64,000 nucleotides of DNA. Source: Planctomycetota bacterium (GTDB lineage Bacteria > Planctomycetota > UBA1135 > UBA2386). The first letter of the stretch is position 1. Each line of letters opens with the position of its first letter. The notes under the pieces were generated by a model. It did not search any database. It saw nothing but the letters and a program-made list of their open reading frames with translations, and was not told where the DNA came from. The stretch is taken from positions 2,595,166 through 2,659,165 of the forward strand of contig JADJWQ010000006.1 of NCBI GenBank assembly GCA_016716265.1, written 5' to 3'. Shown in pieces: positions 39,272 through 50,371 of the stretch. Both the position numbers and the translations under genes were made by a program.

Positions 39272-41027
39272 ATGCGACCTTCGCACCGCCCGACTCCTCC
39301 CGCGAACCGGCGGAGCTTCGGTCCACGCCGGCGTCGCGCCGTCGCATCGCTGCTGATCGCCGTGGCGCAGGCTGGCGCGCAGGACCGGCCCCCGACGCTC
39401 CCGGCGGGACTGTTCGACGAGCTGGAGCTGCTGTATCCGGACACGCCGGTGGCGAGCGGCGCAGACACGCTCCACGTCGACGTTCCGCGCGGCAGCTTCG
39501 CGGCGGCACACGTGCTGATCGCGCCGGGCGCACCGGCCGACCAGCCGGCCGACGCGCTGCTCGAGGTCCGCTTGGACGTGACCGGCCTGCCGCTCGGAGC
39601 ACCCGTCCTGTATCGCCTCGTCAGCGTCCCGGTCGAGGAGAACACCGGCATCGAGAGCCGCACCGAGCGCTGGGACGGTCGCACCAATCCGTTCGTCGTG
39701 CGGCGCGCGCCGTTCCGAGTGTTCGAGGCGATGGCCCCCGCGACCTCGCCATTGCGAGGCGAGGACTCGACGCTCGCGCTACGCATCGAGCTGACGGTCC
39801 CGCCCGACAGCGACCCGGGCAGCCGATCGGTGTCCGTGACCTTGCAGCGCGGGAGCTCCCGCGCCGAGCTGGAGCTCGACGTGACCGTATACGCGTTCGT
39901 CGTACCGCCCACGGGCCGCGATACGACTCGCTACACGAACTGGTTCAGCCTCGGCCGGATCGCCACGGACCGTGGCGTCGAGCCGTGGAGCGAGCCGTTC
40001 TGGGACGCGCTCCAGAGCTGCGCGCGGCTGATGGCCCGCGGGCGGCAGAACACCTTCTGGGTGCCGTGGAGCGCGATCTTCGAACGTGGCGCGGACGGCC
40101 GCCCGCGCCTGCTCACCGAGCGATTGGCACGCTACGTCGCGACGTTCGAGACCGCCGGCCTGTGGTGGATCGAGGGCGCACCGTTCGCGCGACGGCCCGG
40201 CGGCGACTGGTCGCGGCCCGATCTCGAGCTGTCGATCGTCGACCTGCCCGCTGCGAGCGAGGCGGGCCGTGCCGCGCTCGCCGACATGGCGGGTCAGCTC
40301 GCTCGCATGATCGAGGCACGTGGCTGGCGTGACCGCTGGCTCCAGCACATTGCCGACGAGCCGACCGACACCAATGCCGTCGCATATCGCGAACTCGCAG
40401 ACGTGTTGCGCGAGCACCTGCCCGGCGTGCCGATCGTCGAGGCGACGATGTGTCGGACAGTGGCCGGCGCCGTCGACATCTGGTGCCCGCAGGTGCACCG
40501 GTTCCAGGCGCACCGGGACTTCTTCGCGGAGCGGCGCGCGCTCGGGGAGCGCGTGTGGGTCTACACCTGCCTCGTGCCCGGCGGACCCTGGCTCAACCGG
40601 CTCCTCGACCAGGAGCGGCTGCGGCCGGTGCTGATCGGCTGGGCGCTCGACCGCTTCGACCTCGACGGGTTCCTGCACTGGGGCTTCAACCACCAGCGCA
40701 CCGACCCGTTCGCGCAGAGCGTCGTGCCCCACGGCTCCGAGCCGAACAACCGGCTGCCGGCGGGCGACAGCCACATCGTCTTCCCGGGTCCGGGCGGCCC
40801 ATGGTCCGGCCAGCGCTTCGAGGCGCACCGCATCGGGCTTCGAGGACCGCGAGTGCCTGCGCGCACTGCGCGCGCGCGATCCTCGGCGGGCGGACGCGAT
40901 CGTCGGCTCGGTGCTGCGCGGCTTCGACGACTACACGACGAGCGTCGCCGACTACCGCGCGGCGCGCCGGAAGCTGCTGGAGGCAGCCAGCGAGGCCGGG
41001 CGCCGGGCCGGCGGGTGACCCCGCCCC
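39272..41027 (+). pseudogene. secreted (Tat-like signal) hypothetical protein, reading frame broken near 40816..40845
   Basis: Signal RRRRAVASLLIAVAQAGAQD. Frame 1 is protein-like up to ...WSGQRFE, then Arg-rich. The protein-like continuation GFEDRECLRALRARDPRRADAIVGSVLRGFDDYTTSVADYRAARRKLLEAASEAGRRAGG* is in the +1 frame and ends at the TGA at about 41025. Confidence 0.45.
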
Positions 41028-41094
41028 GCGGCCGCGCCGGTCTGGTAGCTTGTCCGCCCGAACCCGCCCGGGTGGGCGGGTCGACGCCCCCGTC

Positions 41095-42165
41095 ATGAAC
41101 GAACTCCTCCGCACCGCCGTCCGCGCGGTGGCCGTGGCACTGGCGTGTGCCGTGGCCGCACCCGCGCAGCGCCCGCAGCCGACGCCCGAAGAGCTGCAGA
41201 AGAAGTACGACGAGGAGCTCGCGCTCCCGTTCGTGCAGAAGGGCAACTGGATCGTCGACTACGACGAGGCCCGCGCCCGCGCCCGGCGGGAGGGCAAGCT
41301 GATCTTCGCCTACTTCTCACGCAGCTACGCCTATTGAGGGCCCTGCAAGGCCCTGGAGAGCCGTGCGCTCTCCGACGATCGCATCACCGCATTCACCGCC
41401 ACCGTCGTGCCGTTCCTGCACGTGACGACGCACATTCCGGGTAGGCCCTACGACGACCTGCTGCGGCAGAAGGGCTTCGGTGGCTTCCCGACGCTCTGCG
41501 TGATGGACGCAGACGGCGAGGTGCTGTACCAGCTGCCCGGAAGCGACCGCTCGATCGAGGGCTTCTACGCCGCGGTCGACCGCACCGAGCGCCTGCTGCG
41601 CGCCCGCAAGGCGGTCGAGACCGGCGAGCCCGGCGCACGCAACAAGCTCCTGCTGCTGTTGCTCGACATGGGACAGGTCGGCTTCGACGACGCGCTCGCG
41701 CAGGCGAAGGAGCTGACGCTCGATCCGGACGAGCAGATCGTCTTCCAGGTGCGCCTCGTCGAGACGCTGCGGCGGTTCCGCGGCGCGGACCTCGACGCGG
41801 CGATCGAGCGCGTCGACTGGCTGCCGGCGCCGCGGGCGCGCGCCGCGGAGATCCGCAGCGACACCCGCCTGATGGAAGACCTCGCCCCGCTGATGGCGCC
41901 GATCCGCGCTGTGCGACCGGGCGAGACGCCGGAGCCGCGGCCGTACGGAATCGCCTACGAGCTGTGGCAGCAGGGTCGCAAGCCGAGCCCGTCGTCGCCG
42001 GTCGAGATGCTGTATTGGGACGCCGTCCGGCGCGCGAGCGTGGAGCGGAAGGACCTCGCGGGGTTCGAGGACGCGGCAGCGGTGCTGCGCAAGCGGTTCG
42101 CCGACAACGCGGCCTACCTCGAAGGGCTGGACAAGGACCTCGCAACGCTCCGCGGCGGGCAATGA
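41095..42165 (+). CDS. secreted thioredoxin-fold protein with in-frame TGA (candidate selenocysteine, U-G-P-C redox motif)
   Basis: Signal peptide MNELLRTAVRAVAVALACAVAAPAQ. ORFs 40450..41337 and 41407..42165 are in the same frame and are separated only by the TGA at 41335..41337. Read-through gives ...KLIFAYFSRSYAY-U-GPCKALE...VVPFLHVTT...GFGGFPTLCVMDADGEVL, a canonical thioredoxin motif with the TGA at the first Cys position. The stop TGA overlaps the ATG of the downstream sigma factor (ATGA). Confidence 0.6.
41337..41373 (+). promoter_or_regulatory. SECIS-like hairpins immediately downstream of the in-frame UGA
   Basis: Hairpin 1, AGGGCC/CUGCAA/GGCCCU, spans 41337..41354. Hairpin 2, GGAGAGC/CGUGC/GCUCUCC, spans 41355..41373. 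Its apical loop lies about 25-30 nt after the UGA and contains GU, which fits the spacing of bacterial SECIS elements. Confidence 0.4.
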
Positions 42166-42726
42166 CCGACCGCAAGCCGGCGAGCCCTGATGTAAAAATC
42201 GTACGCGGTACCGATCTGAAGTCTGCGGGGCAGCTGTTGCCGGTGGTGTACGACGAGCTGCGGCGGCTCGCGCGGAAGCGGTTGCGTAGTGGCGGGGCGG
42301 TGACGCTCGATGCGACGGCGCTCGTGCACGAGGCATACGCCAGGCTGGTCGTCGACGATGGCGCGTCGTTCCGTGGGCGCGACCACTTCTTCGCTGCGGC
42401 GGCGCTCGCGATGCGGCACGTGCTGGTCGACTGCGCGCGGCGCCGGTCCCGGCTGCGGCACGGCGAGGGGCGGCGACCGGTGACGCTGTCGGGCCACGAC
42501 CTGACGGCCCGCGACATCGACCTGCTCGAGCTCGTGGCACTGGACGACGCATTGAAGAAGCTCGAGAAGCTCGCTGAGCGCAAGGCCAAGGTCGTCGAGC
42601 TACGCTTCTTCGGCGGGCTCTCCAATGCCGAGATCGCACGCGCACTCGACATCAGCGACGCGACCGTCGAGCGCGACTGGCAGTTCGCCCGCGCCTGGCT
42701 GTCGCGGGAGCTGGCCGGAGACCCGA

Positions 42727-42737
<11 letters not shown>
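42162..42737 (+). CDS. ECF-type sigma factor (Ser/Thr-kinase-associated ECF group)
   Basis: LPVVYDELRRLARKRL ... LDATALVHEAYARL ... LSNAEIARALDISDATVERDWQFARAWL are hallmarks of planctomycete-type ECF sigma factors. The ATG overlaps the upstream stop (ATGA). Confidence 0.8.
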
Positions 42738-45576
<2,839 letters not shown>

Positions 45577-45683
45577 CGTTGCCCGCCCGCGTTTTTTCCG
45601 GCTCCGCGTGAGGGTCCCTGCGACGTCGCGGCGTGTCCGAGGTCGAAGCGCGCGGAATGGTCCGCGCCCGATCGAGACCTCCG

Positions 45684-46256
45684 ATGCACACCGTACTCCT
45701 GCCCCGCGTCCTGACGCTCCTGACCCTCGCGACACTCGGCGCCCTCGCCGGCTGCTCGAGGGACGGAGCGGCGAGCACCCAGAAGTCCGACCTCCTGGCC
45801 CGCGGCCGCTACCTCGTGCAGACGATGGGCTGCGCCGACTGCCACTCACCGCACGGGCCGGACGGCGCCGTGCTGCCCGGCCGGGAGCTCTCCGGCCACC
45901 CCGAGTCGGCCCCGCTGCCGCACTGGACCCCGGACATGCTCGAGCAGCACACGCTGGCGACGACCGCCCCGACCGGCACCGCCTTCGCCGGCCCGTTCGG
46001 TCTCAGCGTCGCGTGCAACCTGACGCCGGACCCCGAGACCGGCATCGGCGCGATGACCGCCGACCAGCTCGTCGCGAGCTGGCGCAGCGGCCGCCACTGG
46101 AAGGAGGACCGCAACGTGCTGCCGCCGATGCCGATCCCGGCACTCGCGCACTGCGAGGAGAGCGACATCCGCGCGATTCACGCCTATCTGCACTCGCTGC
46201 CGCCGGTCCGCAACATGTGCCCGCCATCGCGGGTTGCGGGTGCGACCTCGGACTGA
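45684..46256 (+). CDS. c-type cytochrome lipoprotein (single CxxCH)
   Basis: Lipoprotein signal MHTVLLPRVLTLLTLATLGALAGC. Heme-binding CADCH. About 190 aa. Confidence 0.7.
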   Translation: MHTVLLPRVLTLLTLATLGALAGCSRDGAASTQKSDLLARGRYLVQTMGCADCHSPHGPDGAVLPGRELSGHPESAPLPHWTPDMLEQHTLATTAPTGTAFAGPFGLSVACNLTPDPETGIGAMTADQLVASWRSGRHWKEDRNVLPPMPIPALAHCEESDIRAIHAYLHSLPPVRNMCPPSRVAGATSD

Positions 46257-46278
46257 CGGCGAGGCGTCCGAGCCACGC

Positions 46279-47262
46279 TCAATGATTGGCGACAGCCTTG
46301 CGGACGTACGCCTCGGCGGCGTCCAGCGCGGCCTGCACGATCGACAGGCTGCGGGTCGGCGGGGTGTGATAGCCGGCGGTCTTCGTCGTCTTCTGGCGCA
46401 CGATCACGACGTCGATGTCGTCCTTGCGCTGCGTCTCGCGCACGACTCCATTCGGTAGCTTCATATGGGCGGTCGCCTCGAACAGCCGCGCACCGGAGCG
46501 GGCGACGAGGACGGCGTAGCAGTACGGGTACGGCGTCCCCTGCACGCGGTTGATCACGACCTGTGCCTGCAGCCCGTAGAAGGCGGCGGGGCCGTCGGGG
46601 AAGGTGACCGCCAGCTTCACGCCGATCGGTGTGCGCCGCTCGTCGCCACCCGCCATCAGCAGCTGCGCGCCGAGCTTGCCACCGGTCCGGCCGTCGATCT
46701 GCAGCGCCTCGCCGATTGGCTTCAGGCTCCGGGCCTGCAGCACGAGGTCTGGCTTCCGGCTGACCGTGCGCATGCCGCTGAACCACTGCGAGGCCAGCAG
46801 CAGCACTCCGTCCATCCCGACGATCCACGCGAGGTCCGCGGAGAAGCTCCCCGCAGCCACCGTGGCGATGCCGAGCACGAGCAGCGCGACGAGCCACGAC
46901 ACGACGCCCGCACCACTGGTGATGTCGAGGGCGCTCTCGTCCCAGCGACGCATCCGACCGTCGACGAGGAGGATCTCCTGGACCCGGTCGAACGCACAGC
47001 TCTCCCACGCAGCTCCCGAGCGGAAGCCGCGCGGGTCGGTGCGCACGTCGAAGCCGACGACCCACGTCATCAGCAATGCGGCGACCAGCAGTGGCACACC
47101 GATCCACACCGACAGCGTCGCGACCTGCAGGATGACGCCACCTGCGGCCAGCACGAGCGCCCACCGCGTCCGCGCACCGTAGCCGAGCTTGCGGAACCAC
47201 GCGAACTGCAGCAGCGGCTCCGCCCGCTCGGCGGCGACCAGCGATCCGGGCTCTGCGCTCAT
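46279..47262 (-). CDS. hypothetical integral membrane protein (4 TM + soluble domain), third gene of the rSAM operon
   Basis: ATG overlaps the stop of the upstream rSAM gene (ATGA). GGAGGAGA RBS upstream. Hydrophobic helices are followed by a 150-aa soluble domain. Confidence 0.55.
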   Translation of the reverse strand: MSAEPGSLVAAERAEPLLQFAWFRKLGYGARTRWALVLAAGGVILQVATLSVWIGVPLLVAALLMTWVVGFDVRTDPRGFRSGAAWESCAFDRVQEILLVDGRMRRWDESALDITSGAGVVSWLVALLVLGIATVAAGSFSADLAWIVGMDGVLLLASQWFSGMRTVSRKPDLVLQARSLKPIGEALQIDGRTGGKLGAQLLMAGGDERRTPIGVKLAVTFPDGPAAFYGLQAQVVINRVQGTPYPYCYAVLVARSGARLFEATAHMKLPNGVVRETQRKDDIDVVIVRQKTTKTAGYHTPPTRSLSIVQAALDAAEAYVRKAVANH

Positions 47263-48617
47263 CGATCGTCTCCTCCGCCCTGCCGGACGGCGCGCAGCTC
47301 CTCGCAGCCGAGCTGGCGCCAGTACAGCGGACAGGCACCGTTGCAGATGTCGAAGTTGTCGCAACCGCGACAGGTGACGGGCGCCCGCGCCTTCGCCCGG
47401 AAGGCCCGCGCCCGCGGGCTCTGCCAGACGGCGTCGAAGCCGTCGCGCAGCAGGCTGCCGAGCGGCTCGTCGTAGCTGGCGCACGGCAGGACGCTGCCGT
47501 CGGCGCCGATCGACAGCAGCCCGTCGCAGGCCGAGCATCCCTTGTTGCCGAGGCCGTGCGTGATCGGATTGAAGATGCACATCGGCGTCGGCGAGTACCA
47601 CTTGAACTCGACGCCCTCCGCGCGCGCCGCACGTTGCACGGCATCGATGACCGGTCCGACTTCCGCGTAGCGCACGACCAGCGCGTCATCGCGGGCCGCC
47701 GTACCGGTCGGGATCATCAGGTTCATCGAGATCGTGCGGAGCCCGAGCTCGCGGCGCGCGAAGCCGGGAAACCGTGCGGCCTCGCCGACGTTGTGGCGGT
47801 CGAGCGTCGTGTTGGTATTGACGTTCAGGCCAGCGGCCAGGTAGCGCCGCACCGCGGCAGTCGCCTTCTCGAACGACCCCGGGATGCCGGTGATCCGATC
47901 GTGCGTGGCGTCGGTCACGCCCTCGATGCTGACCTGCACCGACTGCAGCCCCGCCTCGACCAGCTCCGTGACACGCCGCTCGTCGCTCAGGATCCCGTTG
48001 GTGATCAGGTTGACGCGCAGGCCGATCGACCGCGCGTATTGCACCATCTCGGCGAGGTCCCTACGCAACGTCGCCTCGCCCCCGGTGAAGCTGACGCTCG
48101 GCACCTGCGCGTCGTTTCGGATCGCGTCGAGCACCCGCCGCACGTCGTCGAGCGTCATCTCGACATCGCTGCCGACCGGATTGCAGGTGCAGTTGCAGCC
48201 GGCGTAGCAGAACTCGCAGCGGGCGTTGCAGCGGTACGTCACCGCGACCTCCGCCATGACCGGCAGCGGCGAGAAGCTCGCCGCGAACGGCTGCTTGTCG
48301 ACCGCCGGCGACTCGTAGGTGTCCGCGAGCCCGTCCTGCAGCAGCTTGCGGACGTCGAGCAGGAACCGCTCGACGTCGCACCAGACGTCCGCGCGGCGAC
48401 CCCAGGGTGCGAGCACCTCGGCGATCGGCACGCCGCGCAGCAGCGGCTCCAGCACGGCGACACCACGCTCGTTGAGGTGCACGGCGCGGTTCGGCCGCTG
48501 GATGAACACGCGATCGACCGCGCGCACGAAGACGTGATCGCGGACGTTCGCAGCCCAGTCATCGACCCAGGCGAGATCGGGAAGTCCGGGCTGCACCGGC
48601 TCGCATCGCACGTCCAT
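47259..48617 (-). CDS. radical SAM / SPASM-domain peptide-modifying enzyme with N-terminal PqqD-like RiPP recognition element
   Basis: CX3CX2C (CNARCEFC). GGE motif FTGGEATL. C-terminal twin-cluster Cys pattern (CSACDGLLSIGADGSVLPC ... CRGCDNFDICNGAC). The N-terminal 110 aa resemble a PqqD/RRE domain (RAVHLNERGVAVLEPLLRGVPIAEV). The ATG overlaps the stop of the upstream gene by 1 nt (TGATG). Confidence 0.85.
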   Translation of the reverse strand: MDVRCEPVQPGLPDLAWVDDWAANVRDHVFVRAVDRVFIQRPNRAVHLNERGVAVLEPLLRGVPIAEVLAPWGRRADVWCDVERFLLDVRKLLQDGLADTYESPAVDKQPFAASFSPLPVMAEVAVTYRCNARCEFCYAGCNCTCNPVGSDVEMTLDDVRRVLDAIRNDAQVPSVSFTGGEATLRRDLAEMVQYARSIGLRVNLITNGILSDERRVTELVEAGLQSVQVSIEGVTDATHDRITGIPGSFEKATAAVRRYLAAGLNVNTNTTLDRHNVGEAARFPGFARRELGLRTISMNLMIPTGTAARDDALVVRYAEVGPVIDAVQRAARAEGVEFKWYSPTPMCIFNPITHGLGNKGCSACDGLLSIGADGSVLPCASYDEPLGSLLRDGFDAVWQSPRARAFRAKARAPVTCRGCDNFDICNGACPLYWRQLGCEELRAVRQGGGDDR

Positions 48618-50320
48618 CAGAACGACCCTCCGCTGTGGCAGGCCGAGTGACACGCGGAATGGCAGGCCGAGTGGCACGCCGAGTGACAGGCCGAGTGACA
48701 CGCTGAATGGCACGCCGAGTGGCAGGCCGAGTGGCACACGTTGACGGGCACCGAGTCGCCCAGGAACGCCTCGTACGACACGTGGTCGACCGCGACGTCG
48801 ATGCCACGGGCGAAGCGGTCGGGTCGCAGCGAACGGTCGTAGTCGGTGTAGCCGTACTGCCAGAAGTACCAGTGATGCCAGCCGTGGTGCCGGTCGATGT
48901 AACGACGCGCGTCGTCGTCGGCGCGCGCCTCGTGCCCTTCGCGTGCGCGCTCCTCCCACACCGGGCCGATCTGCCCGCGCCAGTACTGCTTGGTTGCCTC
49001 GATATCGCAGTCCCAGGCCTTCTTCTGCACGTTCTCGACGACCATGTCGAGCAGGTCCTCGAGCTCGGCCCGGGAGAACGCGCCGTCGTCCTCCGCAGCC
49101 TGGATCATCGCGATCTCGTAGTTCTCGAGCTTCGCGCGGTCGTTCGGGTGTCGCTCGAGCACGCGGACGAGCAAGGGCTCCTCCCGCACCACCTCGAGGA
49201 AGCCGGCCTGCAGCAGTCGCTGCAGCATGACGCTCAGGATGCGCCGGTACGGAATCTCGAGGAAGAACGCGACCTCGATCGGCGTCAGGTCGGTGCAGAC
49301 CTTGCCGGGCTTGCGGAAGGTCGACAGCACGAGCTTCGGCGGCGTCCAGTCGACGCTCGCCCAGCTCACGTCGTCGATCGTGGCCCGTGCGTGCCGCGTC
49401 TCGCGGTGCTTGCTCCGGACGAGGAGCACGAACGCCCCGACCACGATGCCGCCGAGCAGGGCGGCCAGCGCGCGCGTGGTCGCGCGATCTTCGACCGGTT
49501 CACGCGTCGGCGGGCGCGGCGGGCGCGGCGCAGCGGGCTGGATCGGTCCGCGGACCGGTGCACGGGCCGGCGCCGGGCCGGCCGCGCCGGCGGCGCGCGT
49601 CCACGTCGCGGGCTCGAACACCGACGCCCGCACGTACTGCTGGATGTCGAACCGCGCGTCCTTGGCGAGGTTCTCCTGGTGCAGGAGCACCTCGAAACGA
49701 CCGTCTTCCGCCGTTCGGTAGTCGATCCGGTAGCGGTCGTTCATGAACTTCTCGGTGCGGAAGTGCAGCCCGTCGAGGAACGCGGGAGACCGCGGATCGC
49801 CGATCACCTCGGTCGGATAGCGCACGCGCACCGTGGCGTGCTGTAGCGCGTGATCCCAGGTCGACGGCGCCCAGTGGAACACCGCCAGCTCGGTGCCATC
49901 CGCGTCGGTCGTCCGCGCCAGGAAGCCGTGCGCCGCGAAGTCGGTCGCGAAGCGGAACCGGAAGATCACCTCGCCCTCGCGCACTCCGGCGCCGCCGGCC
50001 AGCTCGATGGTCTGCCGGCCGTTCCGATTACCCCGGATCAGGCGGTACTCGAGGCCGGAGGTCGTCGTCGCGCGCCCGAACCCGTCGTCCCAAACCGGCG
50101 CCAGCGAGTCGATCTGCGGCCCCGCGAACCAGAACCCGTGCAGCTCGCCGGTCGCCGCGTAGCACACGGTGTAGGTGACCGACGAGCGGCCGTCGGTGCC
50201 GACGTCGACGTCGACCTCGCACCACACCGGATGGCCCTGCTGCGCCGGCAGCCGCCCGCCGGAAAGGCCGAGAGCGACGATGGCGATGCCAGCCCGGAGA
50301 ACGCTGCCCGAGGACCCCAT
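48617..50320 (-). CDS. bitopic membrane protein (signal peptide, periplasmic domain, Pro-rich linker, TM, cytoplasmic domain) ending in a (Cys-His-Ser-Ala)x9 tail
   Basis: Signal MGSSGSVLRAGIAIVALGLSG. TM ALAALLGGIVVGAFVLLV. The C-terminus is VNV-CHSACHSACHSACHSACHSACHSACHSACHSACHS-GGSF*. Architecture resembles DUF2207-type proteins, but with a Cys/His repeat tail in place of a Gly-rich tail. Confidence 0.65.
   Translation of the reverse strand: MGSSGSVLRAGIAIVALGLSGGRLPAQQGHPVWCEVDVDVGTDGRSSVTYTVCYAATGELHGFWFAGPQIDSLAPVWDDGFGRATTTSGLEYRLIRGNRNGRQTIELAGGAGVREGEVIFRFRFATDFAAHGFLARTTDADGTELAVFHWAPSTWDHALQHATVRVRYPTEVIGDPRSPAFLDGLHFRTEKFMNDRYRIDYRTAEDGRFEVLLHQENLAKDARFDIQQYVRASVFEPATWTRAAGAAGPAPARAPVRGPIQPAAPRPPRPPTREPVEDRATTRALAALLGGIVVGAFVLLVRSKHRETRHARATIDDVSWASVDWTPPKLVLSTFRKPGKVCTDLTPIEVAFFLEIPYRRILSVMLQRLLQAGFLEVVREEPLLVRVLERHPNDRAKLENYEIAMIQAAEDDGAFSRAELEDLLDMVVENVQKKAWDCDIEATKQYWRGQIGPVWEERAREGHEARADDDARRYIDRHHGWHHWYFWQYGYTDYDRSLRPDRFARGIDVAVDHVSYEAFLGDSVPVNVCHSACHSACHSACHSACHSACHSACHSACHSACHSGGSF
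48632..48739. repeat. 12-bp tandem repeat x9 encoding (CHSA)n
   Basis: On the minus strand, units follow the pattern TGY CAY TCN/AGC GCS. The units differ at synonymous third positions (tgc/tgt, cac/cat, tcg/tca/tcc/agc, gcc/gcg). Confidence 0.9.
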
Positions 50321-50371
50321 GCGGCGAAGAACCCCGCCGCGCCGCCCGTGTTTCTCGAGGTTCGGCCGGCT

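Noticed and set aside
48632-48739. The 12-bp periodic repeat considered as a CRISPR-like or minisatellite non-coding array
   Set aside because: The period is far too short for CRISPR. The repeat is in-frame inside a long ORF, is followed by an overlapping start codon of the next gene, and varies only synonymously.
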